Below, in pieces: positions 12,343 through 29,999 of a DNA stretch of 64,000 nt. A model generated the notes under the pieces. It saw only the letters and a program-made list of their open reading frames with translations, ran no database searches and was not told where the DNA came from. Both the position numbers and the translations under genes were made by a program. The stretch lies in the NCBI RefSeq assembly GCF_009914755.1, contig NC_060927.1, one strand, 5' to 3'. Every line of letters starts with the position of its first letter. The first letter of the stretch is position 1. Source of the stretch: the human T2T-CHM13v2.0 reference genome, Homo sapiens.

Positions 12343-14825
12343 AACCACTGGAAACTGCTACGAACACCTCTACACACACAAACTAGAAGACCTAGAAGAG
12401 ATGGACAAATTTCTGGACACACACACCCTCCCAAGACTGGGCCAGGAAGAAATGGATTCCCTGAACAGAACCAATAACAAGCTCCAAAATTGAATCAGTA
12501 ATAAATAGCCTACCAACAAAAAAAAGCCCATGACCTGATGGGTTTACAGTCACATTCTACCAGATGTACAAAGAAGAGATGGTACCATTCTTACAGAAAT
12601 TATTCCAAAGAATTAAGGAGGAGGGACTCCTCCTCAACTCATTCTATGAGGCAAACATCATCCAAATAACAAAACCTTACAAAGACACAAGAAAAAAGGA
12701 AAACTTCAGGTCAATATCCCTGTCGAACATTGATACAAAAATCCTCAACAAATTACTGGCAAACTGAATTCAGCAGCACATCAAAAAGCTAATCCGCTAT
12801 GATCAAGTAGGCTTCATCCCCAGATGCAAGGTTGGTTCAACATACACACATTAATAAATGCGATTAATCACATAGACAGAACTAGAGACAAAAACCACAT
12901 AATTATCTCAATAGATGCAAGAAAGGGTTTCAATCAAATTCAATCCCTTGATGTTAAAAATGCCCAATAAACTAGGTATTGAAAGAAAATACCTCAAAAT
13001 AATAAGAGCCATCTATACAAACCCATAGCCAACATCTTGCTGAATGGGCAAAACTGGAAACATTCCCCTGGAAAACTGGCATAAGACAAGGATGCCCTCT
13101 CTCACCACTTCTATTCAACATAGTATTGGAAGTCCTGGCCAAAGCAATCAGGCAAGAGAAAGAAATAAAGGGCATCCAAATAGGAAGAGAGGAAGTCAAA
13201 CTATCTCTGTTTGCAGATGACATGATCTTAGGTCTAGAAAACCCCATGGTCTCTGCCCAAAAGTTCTTCCAGCTGATAAACAACTTCAGAAAAGTTGCAG
13301 GATATGAAATCAATGTACAAAAAAAAATCACTAGTATTCCTATGCACCAACAACAGCCAATCTGAGAGCCAAATCAGAAAGGCAATCCCATTCACAATTG
13401 CCACAAAAAGAATGCAATACCTAGGAATACAGCTAACCAGGGAGATGAAAGATCTCTACAATGAAAATTATAAAACACTGCTCAAAGAAATCAGAGAAGG
13501 AACAAACAAATGGAAAAACATTCCATGCTCACGGACAGGAAGAATCATCATTAAAATGGCTATACTTTCCAAAGCAATTTACAGATTCAATGCTATTCCT
13601 ATCAAACTACCAAAAACATTCTTCACAGAACTAGAAGTAACTATTTTAAAATTCATATAAAACCAAAAAAAAAAGCCTGAATAGCCAATACAATCCTAAG
13701 CAAAAAGAACAAAGCTAGAGACATCATGCTACTCAACTTCAAACTATATTACAGGGCTATAGTAACCAAAATAGCATGGTACTGGTACAAAAACAGGCAC
13801 ATAGACCAATAGAACAAAATAGCCCAGAAATAAGGACTCACATTTACGACCATCTGATCATCAATAAAGCTGACAAAAACAAGCAATGAGGAAAAGACTC
13901 CCTATTCAATAAATGGTCCTGGGAAAACTGGCTAGCCATATACAGAAGATTGAAGCTGGAACCCCTCCTTATGCCATACACAAAAATTAACTCAAGATGG
14001 ATTAAATACTTATTAAAACCCAAAACTATAAAAACCCTGGAAGACAACCTAGGCAATACCATCCTGGACATAGGAATGGGCAAAGATTTCATGATAATGA
14101 CACCAAAAGCAATTGCAACAAAAGCAAAAAAAAAAATTGACAAGTGGGATCTAATTAAACTTAAGAGCTGCACAGCAAAAGAAAATGTCAACAGAGTAAA
14201 TAGACAGAATGGGAGAAAATTTTTGCAAACTATGCATCTGACAAAGGTCTAATATCCAACATCTAAAATAAATTTAAACAAATTTACAAGGAGAAAAAAA
14301 CATTAAAAAGTGGGCAAAAGACATGAACAGGCACTTCTCAAAAGATGACTTACATGCAGCCAATAAGCATGTTTTTAAGAAAGCTCAAAATCATTGCTCA
14401 TTCGAGAAATGCAAATCAAAACCACAATGAGATACCATCTCACACCAGTCACAATGATTATTATTAAAAAGTCAAAAAATAACAGATGCTGGTGAGGTTG
14501 TGGAGAAAAGGGAACACTTATAGACTATATGTGAGAGTGTACATTCATTCAACTATTGTGGAAAGCAGTATGGTGATTCCTCAAAGAGCTAAAAGCAGAA
14601 CTACCATTCAACCTAGCAATCCCATTGCTGGGTATATACCCAGATGAATATAAATCATGCTACCATAAAGACACATGCATGTGAATGTTCATTGCAGCAC
14701 TACTTACAATGGCAAAGACATGGAATCAAACTAAATGCCCATCAATGACAGATTGGATAAAGAAAATGTGGTACATATATACCATGGAATACTATGCAGC
14801 CTTAAAAACAAATGAGATCATAGTA

Positions 14826-14985
14826 GGCTGGGTGCAGTGGCTCACACCTGTAGTCCCAGCACTTTGGGAGGCCGAAGCAGGTGGATCACTTGAGCCCAGA
14901 AATTCGAGACCAGCCTTGGCAACATGGTGAAACCCTGTCTCTCCAAAAAAATTAATAATAATAAATAAATAAATAAATAAATAGA
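14826..14985 (+). mobile_element. Free left Alu monomer (FLAM_C-like) with (TAAA)n tail
   Basis: Left monomer only (ggatcacttgagcccagaaattcgagaccagcc) followed directly by the tail; degenerate TSD ending in gagatcat / aagaccat. Confidence 0.85.
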
Positions 14986-15349
14986 AAAAAGAAAACAAGA
15001 CCATGTCTTCTGCAGGAACATGGATGGTGCTGGAGGCTATTCTCCTTAGCAAACTAACAAGGGAACAGAAAACTGAATACCAAATGTTCTCACTTATAAG
15101 TGGGAGGTAAATGATGAGAACCTACAAACACAAGGAAGGAAACAATGGACACAGGGGCCTACTTGATGGGGGAGGGTGAGAGGAAGGAGAGAGGCAGAAA
15201 AGATAACTATTGGGTACTGGGCTTAAAACAATATGTACAACGAACCCACGTGACATGTGTTTATCTATGTAACAAACATTCACATGGACCACCAAATTTA
15301 AAATAAAAGTTAAAAATAAAAATACTGTACACATGCAAAAAAAAAGAAA

Positions 15350-15540
15350 AACTATGTATGTCTGGTTTTGTTTATGAGTAGAGAAGGCTTAAAAGATATA
15401 CTCCAAAATGTTAACATCAGTTCTCTTTCCTTTGTAGGTTTTGGGGTATATTTCTTTCATATACTTTTCTGCACTGCTTCAGTTTTTAAATATTCACATA
15501 CTATATTTACAATCATAAAAGTAATATAATTTTTATTTGG
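15350..15540 (+). mobile_element. L1ME-like 3' end (right part of the element split at ~4862)
   Basis: aaaagatatactccaaaatgttaacatcagtttctct resembles the L1ME terminal segment. Confidence 0.5.
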
Positions 15541-15745
15541 GGGAAAAATGTTTAAACTGTATAGTAGCTATCACTTTCCAACCCTCCCAGAATTTTCTCT
15601 TTTCCTTTTTTATTATTATCAATATTATTTTTGGTTGACAAATTATAATTGTATAAATTTATGGAGTACAATGTGATGCTTTGATATATGTATACAATGT
15701 GGAGTGATCAAATCAAGCATATTAACATGTCCATCATCTAACTTA

Positions 15746-16025
15746 CTTTTTTTTTTTTTGAGACAGTATCACTCTGTCACTCAGATTGGAGTGCAGTGGT
15801 GCAATCTGGGCTCACACTCCAACCTCCGCCGCCTGGGTTCAAGCTGGGATTGAGTGCTGGGATTACAGGCATGCAACACCACACCGGCTAATTTTTGTAT
15901 TTTTAGTAGAAATGGGGTTTTACCATGTTGGCCAAGCTGGTCTCAAACTCCTGACCTCAAGTGATTCACCCGCTTCAGCCTGCCAAAGTGCTGGGATTAC
16001 AGGCGTGAGCCACCGCACCCAGCCA
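15746..16025 (-). mobile_element. AluS (Sx/Sz-like) with a small internal rearrangement
   Basis: Poly-T, then gagacagtatcactctgtc...gtgagccaccgcacccagcc; part of the right arm is replaced by a short gctgggatt duplication. Confidence 0.88.
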
Positions 16026-16471
16026 CATATTACTTTTATATTGAGATACTTGAAATTTACTCTTTGTTATTTTGAAATATATAGTACATTATTATAGTTC
16101 TCTTGCTATGCAGTGGGTCTCAAAATGTATTCCTACTATCCCACTGAAACTTTGTACTATTTGACCAGCAACTCCCATTCACTTTCTTTTCTCCCCAAAC
16201 CCTAGCTTCTGGTAACCATCATTCTACTCTCTACTTCTATGAATTCAACTTTTTTAGATTCCACATATAAGGGAGATCATGACATTTTTGTCTTTCTGTG
16301 CCTGGCTTATTTCACTTAGCATAATATCCTCCAGATTCACCCATGTTGTCATAAATGACAGTATTTCCCCCTTCTTTTAAGGCTGAACACTTTTTCATTA
16401 CATATGACACAGTTTCTTTGTTCATCCACTGATAGACACTTAGGTTAATTCCATATCTTGGCTATTGTGAC

Positions 16472-16819
16472 TGTATTAGTCTGTTTTCATGCTGCTGATA
16501 AAGACATACCCGAGACTGGGTAATTTATAAAGAAAAAGAGGTTTAATGGACTCACAGTTCCACGTGGCTGGGGAGGCCTCACAATCATGGTGGAAGGCGA
16601 AAGGCAGAAGACAAAAGAGGATGAGAATTAAGTGAAAGGGGTTGCCCCTTGTAAAACCATAAGATCTCGTGAGACTTATTCACTACCATGAGAACAGTAA
16701 GAAGGAAACCCCTACTATGATTCAATTATCTCCCACCGGGTCCCTCCCCCAACACATGGGAATTATGGGAGCTACAATTCAAGAAGAGATTTGAGTGGGG
16801 ACACAGGCAAACCATATCA
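16472..16819 (-). mobile_element. THE1B-like solo LTR
   Basis: tgtattagtc...aaaccatatca; TSD gtgac / gtcac (one mismatch). Confidence 0.9.
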
Positions 16820-18362
16820 GTCACTATTCCTACAACGAACATAGGAGTACATATAACCCTTCAACATATTGATTTCGGTTCCTTTGGATATATACCCACA
16901 AGTGGGATTACCAGATCATAAGGTAGTTCTATTTTTAGTTTCTTGAGGAACATCCATACCATTTTCTATAATGGCTGCATTACTTTACATTCCTACCAAC
17001 AATTGTACAAGAGTCCCCTTTTGTCTGCATCTTCACCGATACTTATCTTTCATCTATTTTATAAAAGTCATTCTAACAGATGTGAGGTGATACCTCATTG
17101 TGGTTTTAATTTGCAATTCCCTAAGATTAGGGATGCTGAGCATTTTTTTCCATGTATGTGTTGGTCACTTATATGTCTTCTTTTCAGAAATGTCTGCTCA
17201 ATTTCTTTGCCCATTTTTAAATCAGGTTGTTTGTCTTCTTGCTATTGAGTTGTTTGAGTTCTTTATATATTTTGGATATTAACTTCTTATCAGATATATG
17301 GTTTGCAAATATTTTCTCCCATTCTACAAACTGTCTCTCCATTTTGTTGTTTCCTTTGCTGCGCAGAAGCTTTTTAGTTTGATGTCTTCCCACTTGTCTA
17401 ACTTTGTTTCTTTGCCAGTGTTTTGGGGGCAACAATTGTTGCCCAGATCAACATCATGGAGTTTTTCTCTTATGCTTTCTTCTTGTTGTTTTACAATTTC
17501 ACATCCTATATATAAGTCTTTAATCCATTTTGAGATTATTTTTGTATATGGTATGAGACAAAGGTCAATCTTCATTCTTCTGCACGTGGATATCCAATTT
17601 ATCATTTATATGTGATAAACGTGAATCATTTGTCACAGAGCCTGTTCTTTCACCCACTGTGTGTTCCTGACAACTTTGTCACAAATCAATTGACTGTAAA
17701 TGTGCAGGTTTATCTCTGGGCTTTCTAACCCGTTTCATTTGTCAATGTGTCCATTTTTATGCCAGTACCCTGATGTTTTGACTACAATTGCTTTGTAACA
17801 TGCTTTGAAATTGGGGAAGGTGATGCCTCCAGCTTTGTTCATTTTTCTCAAGATTATTTTGGCTCTTTGGGGTCTTTTGTGGTTCCATACTGGTTTAAGG
17901 ATTGTTTTTGTATTATTGTGATGAATGACATTGGAATTTTGGTAGGGATTAAATTAAATATGTTGATTGCCTTAGGCAATACAGACATTTTCACAATATT
18001 AATTCTTAAAATCTATAAACACAGGCTAGCTTTCCATTTTTGTGTGTTTTCTTCAATTTTTTTCAATGATGTTTTGTAGATTTTAGTATACAGATCTTTC
18101 ACTTCCTTGGTTAAATTTACAACAAATTAATTTTTGTTGCTATTGTAAATTGGATTATTTTTTAATTTTATCTTCAGATGGTTTTATTATCATATTGAAA
18201 GTGCTAATTTTTATACATTGATTTTGTACCCTGCAACTTTACTGACTTTGTTTACCAGCTCTAACAGTTTTTTGGTGGAGTCTTAAGAGTTTTTCTATAC
18301 ATAAAATCATGTTGTCAGCAAACACAGGCAATTTCACTTCTTTTCATATTAGGATGCCTTTT

Positions 18363-18598
18363 TTTTTAAATTATTATTATACTTTAAGTTTTAGGGTACA
18401 TGTGCACAATGTGCAGGTTAGTTACATATGTATACATGTGCCATACTGGTGTGCTGCACCCATTAACTTATCATTTAGCATTAGGTATATCTCCTAAAGC
18501 TATCCCTCTCCCCTCCCCCCACCCCACAACAGTCCCCAGAGTGTGATGTTCCCCTTCCTGTGTCCATGTGTTCTCATTGTTCAATTCCCACCTATGAG
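18363..18598 (-). mobile_element. Short 5'-truncated L1PA3-like 3' end
   Basis: Reverse young L1 3'UTR; perfect 13-bp TSD taggatgcctttt at 18350-18362 and 18599-18611. Confidence 0.93.
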
Positions 18599-18917
18599 TA
18601 GGATGCCTTTTATTTCTTCTCATGCCTAATTGTTCCAGCTAAGACTTTCAGTACCATGTTCAAAAGAAGTCGTGAGAGTGGGCATTCTTTTTTTTTTTTT
18701 TAATTTTTTATTATTATACTTTAAGTTTTAGGGTACATGTGCACAATGTGCCGGTTAGTTACATACGTATACATGTGCCATGCTGGTGCGCTGCACCCAC
18801 TAACTCATCATCTAGCATTAGGTATATCTCCAAATGCTATCCCTCCCCCCTCCTCCCACCCCACAACAGTCCCCAGAGTGTGATGTTCCCCTTCCTGTGT
18901 CCATGTGTTCTCATTGT

Positions 18918-22740
<3,823 letters not shown>

Positions 22741-22802
22741 TATGATGTTAGCTGGTGATTTTGCTCGTTAGTTGATGCAGTTTCTTCCTGTCTCAATGGT
22801 CT

Positions 22803-23818
22803 TTACATTTTGGCATGATTTTGCAGTGGCTGGTATCGGTTGTTCCTTTCCATGTTTAGCACTTCCTTCAGGAGCTCTTTTAGGGCAGGCCTGATGGTGA
22901 CAAAATCTCTCAGCATTTGCTTGTCTGTAAAGTATTTTATTTCTCCTTCGCTTATGAAGCTTAGTTTGGCTGGATATGAAATTCTGGTTTGAAAATTCTT
23001 GTCTTTAAGAATGTTGAATATTGGCCCCCACTCTCTTCTGGCTTGTAGAGTTTCTGCCGAGAGATCCGCTGTTAGTCTGATGGGCTTCCCTTTGTGGGTA
23101 ACCCGACCTTTCTCTCTGGCTGCCCTTAACATTTTTTCCTTCGTTTCAACTTTGGTGAATCTGACAATTATGTGTCTCGGAGTTGCTCTTCTCGAGGAGT
23201 ATCTTTGTGGCATTCTCTGTATTTCCTGAATCTGAATGTTGGCCTGCCTTGCTAGATTGGGGAAGTTCTCCTGGATAATATCCTGCAGAGTGTTTTCCAA
23301 CTTGGTTCCATTCTCCCTATCACTTTCAGGTACACCAATCAGACGTAGATTTGGTCTTTTCACATAGTCCCAAATTTCTTGGAGGATTTGTTCATTTCTT
23401 TTTATTCTTTTTTCTCTAAACTTCCCTTCTCGCTTCATTTCATTCATTTCATCTTCCATTGCTGATACCCTTTCTTCCAGTTGATCGCATCGGCTCCTGA
23501 GGCTTCTGCATTCTTCACGTAGTTCTCGAGCCTTGGTTTTCAGCTCCATCAGCTCCTTTAAGCACTTCTCTGTATTGGTTATTCTAGTTATACATTCTTC
23601 TAAACTTTTTTCAAGTTTTCAACTTCTTTGCCTTTGGTTTGAATGTCCTCCCATAGCTCGGAGTAATTTGATCGTCTGAAGCCTTCTTCTTTCAACTCGT
23701 CAAAGTCATTCTCTGTCCAGCTTTGTTCCATTGCTGGTGAGGAACTGCGTTCCTTTGGAGGAGGAGATGTGCTCTGCTTTCTAGAGTTTCCAGTTTTTCT
23801 GCTCTGTTTTTTCCCCAT
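22803..23818 (-). pseudogene. L1 ORF1p (RNA-binding, coiled coil), frameshifted near 23,600
   Basis: MGKKQSRKTGNS... ends early; the remainder (WDYVKRPNLRLIGVPE, YPAKLS, NHAKM) is in another frame. Confidence 0.95.
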
Positions 23819-24824
23819 CTTTGTGGTTTTATCTACTTTTGGTCTTTGATGATGGTGATGTACAGATGGGTTTTTGGTGTGGATGTCCTTTCTGTTTGTT
23901 AGTTTTCCTTCTAACAGACAGGACCCTCAGCTGCAGGTCTGTTGGAGTACCCCGCCGTGTGAAGTGTCAGTCTGCCCCTGCTGGGGGGTGCCTCCCAGTT
24001 AGGCTGCTCGGGGGTCAGGGGTCAGGGACCCACTTGAGGAGGCAGTCTGCCCATTCTCAGATCTCCAGCTGCGTGCTGGGAGAACCACTGCTCTCTTCAA
24101 AGCTGTCAGACAGGGACATTTAAGTCTGCAGAGGTTACTGCTGTCTTTTTGTTTGTCTGTGCCCTGCCCCCAGAGGTGGAGCCTACAGAGGCAGGCAGGC
24201 CTCCTTGAGCTGTGGTGGGCTCCACCCAGTTCGAGCTTCCTGGCTGCTTTGTTTACCTAAGCAAGCCTGGGCAATGGCAGGCGCAAGAGTGGACATTCTT
24301 ATTTTGTCCCTGATCTAAGAGGAAAACCTTCCAACTTTTTACCATTCAGAATAATATTAGCTATGGGTTTGTCATATACGGCCTTTTTTGTTTTGAGGTA
24401 CATTCCTTCTATCCTAATTTGTTGACAGTTTTTATCATAAAGAGATGTTGAATTATGCCAAATGCTTTTTCTGCCTCCATTATGATGATCAAATGGTTTC
24501 TGTTCTTCATTCTCTTAATACAGCAGATCACATTTATTGATTTGCATATGTTGAACCATTCCTGCATCTCAGAGATAAATCTCACTTGATCGTGGTGAAT
24601 GATTGTTTCAAAATGTTGTTAAATTCAGTTTGCTAATATTTTTTAAAGATCTTTGCATCTATGTTCATGAAGGATAATTTTCTTTTCTTGTTGTGTACTT
24701 GTCTACCTTTGGTATCAGAGTAATTCTGGCCTTGTAAAATGAACTTGCAAGTAGTCCCTCTACTTTGCTTTTTTGGAAGGGTTTCAGAAGAATTAGTATT
24801 AGGTCCTCTTTAAAAGTTTGATAC

Positions 24825-25117
24825 GGCCTGGCACGGTGGCTCACACCTGTAATCCCAACACTTTGGGAGGCCGAGGCAGGTGGATCACGAGGTGAGGAGT
24901 TCAAGACCAGCCTGGCCAAGGTGGTGAAACCCCGTCTCTACTAAAAATACAAAAATTAGCCAGGTGTGGTGGCACATGCCTGTAATCCCAACTACTCAGG
25001 AGGCTGAGGCAAAGAATACTTAAACCCAGGAGGCAGAGATTCCAGTGAGACGGGATCGTGCTACTGCACTCCAGCCTGGGTGACAGAGTGAGACTCCATC
25101 TCAAAAAAAAAAAAAAA
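24825..25117 (+). mobile_element. AluS (Sg-like)
   Basis: Full dimer with ggatcacgagg and poly-A; degenerate TSD aaaagtttgata / aaaagcgtggta. Confidence 0.9.
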
Positions 25118-26129
25118 GCGTGGTAGAATTCAGCAATGAAGCCACCCAGTCCTGAGTTTTTCTTTGATGGTAGACTTTTTACTACTGATTCAATATTCTT
25201 ACACAGTATTGGTCTCTTCAGATTTTATATTTTTTCGTGATTTAGTTTTGGTAGGTTGTATGTGTCTAAGAATTCATTCATGTCTTCTAGGTTATCCAAT
25301 TGACTGACATGTAATTGTTCCAGAATTGCATAATGACATTAGCTGAGGTGAAGAATCTGTTTTCCAGCAATCAGGTCTGCCTACAGTTTTCATCCTAAGA
25401 ATGGTATCTGCTTATTCAGACAGTACTCAATAAAAATAATGATGAGTATATAAGAGTATGTTGAAAATTACTGTTTTAGGAATGCTTACATCAGACTCTG
25501 ACATTCAAATGTGACGGTAGATAGATCTGACAGAGAGAGGAGATATAAATCCATTTCCGTAAAATCTTCAGGTTATTTAACTTCTTGTTGCAGAACTGGA
25601 ATTCCCAAGGTGATCAAGGTTTTTTATCTCTGCTCAAATCTCCAGTGTATGTGGGCAGATGTTATGACATCATTAGGTTGACTGGCTGTCAAATAAAGAA
25701 AAAATAAAACAGATCTAAACTATATCTGTTAACACCCCCAAAGCTATCTCAGAAAAGATATTTTGAGTTAAGTTTTCTTTATTTCAAGCTCTTCTCATCT
25801 GTTAAGAGTTTTGTCAAAAAGTAATTTAATAAAAGGCAGAGTCAAAATATGCTGTCAACATTTTTATTTTAAAAACTGACACAAAGGCCAGAATTTAATA
25901 ACTAACATTCAAATAATGGGAGGATGGGAGTAAACAGGAGATGGATGACTTCAAAGTTTTATGAATTTCAAGATGATAAAAATCCATTGGAACAGTGCTG
26001 TCATAGGGATATTCCACCAGGAGATGTTATAAATAAAGTCTGATTTTTAGAAATATCTCATCCCTTGAATATATTAGATTCTCAATAAAAGTTTGCTGAA
26101 AAACTGAAAGTTGTGTTTTATTCAGAAAG

Positions 26130-26480
26130 AGATTAGCTATACTACTATAATAAATACACCCTAAAATCTTAGAGGTTAAGGCACTAAAAGTGTATTTCTT
26201 TCTCAAATCACAGTTTAATGTGTTTGGGTAGCTATTCTGGAAAGCTCTCATTCAAGTGGTGACTCAGGGATCTAGGATTCTTTCATATTGCAATTCATCA
26301 TTTGAAACATGTAGCCTTCAAGAGGCCGGGGAATCAAACCCAGGGATATATGGACCGACCTAGTAGTGGTATATAGCATTCCATCCATACTCTTCTGGTT
26401 AGAACTCAGCCACATGTTTTGACCTGGGAAATATACTCTTCCTTTGTGCCCAGGAAGATAAGATGGATTTGTGTGCATGC
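26130..26480 (-). mobile_element. Old MaLR LTR (MLT1J-like)
   Basis: aaaatcttagaggttaaggcactaaaagtgtatttctt ... gtgactcagggatctagg; paralogous to the 27.2-28.0 kb copy. Confidence 0.55.
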
Positions 26481-27178
26481 CATATGCTGATGTGTTTACA
26501 TGTTAACTAGTTTGATGATGAGCTTCCTACAACATATTATAATACCACCTTGTTTTCTTAAAGACAACAATAAACATTATACTCTCTTTTCTTCATGCCT
26601 CAAGTTCATAATTACAAGGATCACTCACTGTTCTGAGCTAATATACGGACCTGGAAGTTATGTTCCTTCTTTCCTTTCTCAGTACTCCCACTGTTAGTCA
26701 ACCACATTCACACTTAGTAAAGACTCAAATGTTCAGCCTTTGCTTTTATCCCCTCCACTATCACCCAGTTCAGGTCTTCACCAACATTCTCCTGGAAGTT
26801 ATCTCTGCCTTCACTCTTACCTCATCAATAGCTAATCCATCCAAAACACCACTTCCATATGAATCTTCCTATAACATGCCTCCACCACCACTGAAACAAT
26901 AAACTTTTATTTTGGTAAAGTATAGTATTATTATTATTTCCCTTTATCTTTCCAATTTTTACCTCGGCAATAAAGTTGGGTGCAAACGCCTTAGCCTCCA
27001 TAAACTGAGACTACCTAACTTTCAAATTTCCTTTAATATTCCATTTCAGCCACCTGTGTTGCATTTCCTTCTCCCTGACATTGGTCATCTAATTCTTCCT
27101 GTCTGAGATGCCCTCAGCATTTTCTGTGACTGTCTATATTCTAAATATCCTTCAACATTCTGTTCTAGTCTCACTTTC

Positions 27179-27990
27179 TGTATTAGTTAAGTAACATAAG
27201 CTCTATGACAGAAAAACACCAAAATCTCAATGGTTTATGTATTGGTCCATTCTCGCACTGCTATAAAGAAGTAACTGAGACTGGGTAATTTATAAAGAAA
27301 AGAGGTTTAATTGGCTCATGGTTTCACAAGCTGTACAGGAAGCATGATGCTGGCATCTGCTTGGCTTCCTGGGGGGCCTCAGGAAACTTAACCATGGTGG
27401 AAGGTAAAGGGGAAGCAGGCACGTCTTACATGTCAGGAGCAGGACCAAGTGAGAGATGGGGGAGGTGCCACACACTTTTAAACAACTAGATCTCTCAAGC
27501 ATTTACTATCACTAGAGCAGCACATGGGGGAAATCTGGCCCCATGATCCAGTCACCTTCCACCAGGTCCCACCTCCAACATTGGGGATTACAATTCGCCA
27601 TGAGATTTGGGTGGGGACACAGATCCAAACTGTATCTGTTTAACACAATTGAAGTTTATTTCTTGCTCTCATAAAGTCTAAACTGGGTATTCCTGTTAGT
27701 CAGGTGGCTCTCCTCCAACTGGTGATTCAGGAACCCAGGCACCCCGGCTCTTCCATCTGATGGCTCTGCTATCTTTAACCCTTGGCTTCCAATGTCACTG
27801 CTGCACAAAGAGAAAGTGTATGGAGGAACATGCATGAGAGGACCTCATGAATTAGGCCTGGAAATGGCACAGGGCATGGCTAATATTCCATTAGCTAGAA
27901 CTCATTCACGTGGCCACATCTAAGATGGCAAGGGAAGTTGTGGGCCCAGGGATAAGATGAAATAGTTTTGATAAAAAGCTATCAGTATCT
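27179..27990 (-). mobile_element. Old MaLR LTR (MLT1J-like) split by an MSTA
   Basis: aaaatctcaatggttta | acacaattgaagtttatttcttgctc ... ccattagctagaactc. Confidence 0.6.
27238..27637 (-). mobile_element. MSTA-like solo LTR
   Basis: tgtattggtccattctcgcactgctataaag ... ggaagcatgatgctggcatctgc; perfect TSD gttta (27233-27237, 27638-27642). Confidence 0.9.
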
Positions 27991-29120
27991 GTTGTACTTG
28001 CTTGTGATTCCTTTCCACACCAATCCAACTTTCCATAATTCCTCCTTCCTCTGAACTTTTCTAGTACTTTCCAATATCATATAGGCTGTAGTAACTTGGG
28101 TATTTTTTTTGACACATTTTCTTTCTACGTCAACCAAACTTTAGGGCAGAATCTGTGCTAAATATTTCTTAGTATCTCCCGCAATTACAACAGCGCCCAG
28201 CACACCCTAAGAGTTCAATAAATATTAACTGATGAGAAAGGTAATAATGTCCATACAAGTATGCAGAGTCAGTTCTCCATACACAAAATGGCCCCACACT
28301 GCTATGAAGTTCTTGGTCCACACTTTTGGTTTTTCTTTCTCTTGCCTTATCATCAGAATTTAGCTACTGCTTTGCATTGCCTTAAGCATGTTTGCTGCTT
28401 CTATTCAGCCACCCTTACTCTACTTATAATTTACTGTCTGTAATTACTATACAGGGTTTTTGAATCTTAACAATTGGATTCTTTCTACAAATAAAATCGC
28501 CCATGGAACTCCAATAAAGGGAACAAACAACAGCAGAACTGTTGAGATGGTGGCAGGGAGGGGCACATTCTTACTTAGCAGCTGCCTGGCCCCAAAGAGA
28601 TACTCAGGAAACATGTCTCCCTTCCTATCCTATCCTTGTCTCAGTATTACTGTGTGTTCATTGATAAGCACTTCAATAGGCAAACTCATCTGAGAGTTCT
28701 TATTAATGGCACGAAACCTATTAATTTTGTCAGCAGTTCAACCTTACGCTATCCCAATAAGATAAGAAAGGAAAGAGTGAGGAAGAGGCAACAGGAGAGG
28801 AAAAGAGTTTTGAAAGCTTTTTGGATAAGAAAGTTGATAGTTGTCACAAAGATTTCCCAAACTTTTCAATGACATTCCATTTTTTCCCATGAAAATTTTC
28901 CATCTCGAGTAGCTCACGAAGCCTCTTCTTCATTAAGTGCCACTTAAGGATGAAATATATGTATACAAATATATATATTCATCTTACATACATCATATAT
29001 ATTCATCATATATAATCTGCTTCAAAATGTCTTTATGAAGAACAAATGTGACTAGTCATAAATGTTCATTCAAACAAGAAGCACAAACATCTCTTTCTAA
29101 AATGAATCTGGAATGGAGTC

Positions 29121-29471
29121 TGATATGGTTTGGCTCTGTGTCCGCACCCAAATCTCATATTGAATTGTACTCCCATAATTCCCATGTGTTGTGAGAGGGA
29201 CCCAGTGGGAGATAATTTGAATCATGGGGGTGGTTTCCTCCATACTGTTCTCATGGTAGTGAATAAGTCCCACAAGATCTGATGGGTACCAAGGGTTTCC
29301 ACTTTTGCTTCCTCATTTTCTCTTGCTGCCACCATGTAAGAAGTGCCTTTCACCTCCCACCATAATTCTGAGGCCTCCCCAGCCATGTGGAACTGTTGAG
29401 TCCAATTAAATCTCTTTTTCTTCCCAGTCTCAGGTATGTCTTTATCAGCAGCATGAAAACAGACTAATATA
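29121..29471 (+). mobile_element. THE1A/B-like solo LTR
   Basis: tgatatggtttggctctgtgtcc...agactaatata; perfect TSD gagtc. Confidence 0.92.
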
Positions 29472-29999
29472 GAGTCATATATCTTTTAAACAAAAAAATT
29501 AATAATTTACATGCTAAAGGGTATAAGAGTTAGTTCAATTATTTCCAGTCGTTAAAACCTATGGGCTCAGTGAAAAGTTCCATGTGCCAACATCAATATT
29601 ATTGTATATGTTAAAGTTTATAATGGTTGTAATTTTGAATTAATTCCTGTTCCCCTGGGGCACCATTTTATTGTCACCTTTGATTAAAGTCACTTCAATT
29701 AAGTGTTAACTGAATATAGTTTGAAACAAAGTAGAACAAAGTTTCTTTAAGCCACACTGACCCCTAGAGACAGAGGGATTACAAAAATGTTCCAGTAAAA
29801 CCAAAATCCACTTTCACAAAATTAGTGCAAATATAATAAAAGAATTTATTTTTTGGCATAAGTATGGACTATCCTTTCCTCTCCATGCTATACTCCACTG
29901 ACTAAGCATACTGCATTTCATGTTATTAAAATTTCACTGCAAAGATAAGAAGAAAGAGGCAAAGAGAAATAATTTAAAGCTAAACAGAAAAATGTATGG

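Larger units (their letters stand above)
4866..15346 (+). mobile_element. Full-length, inactive L1PA15/16-like LINE-1 with four nested insertions
   Basis: Starts gtggccaagatggccaactaga. About 2 kb of 5'UTR, ORF1 remnant from ~6956 (MRKNQCKNSSNS), ORF2 remnant from ~10,387 (atgacaggatcaaatccacac), 3'UTR ending aaataaaagttaaaaataaaa. Many stops and frameshifts. Confidence 0.9.
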
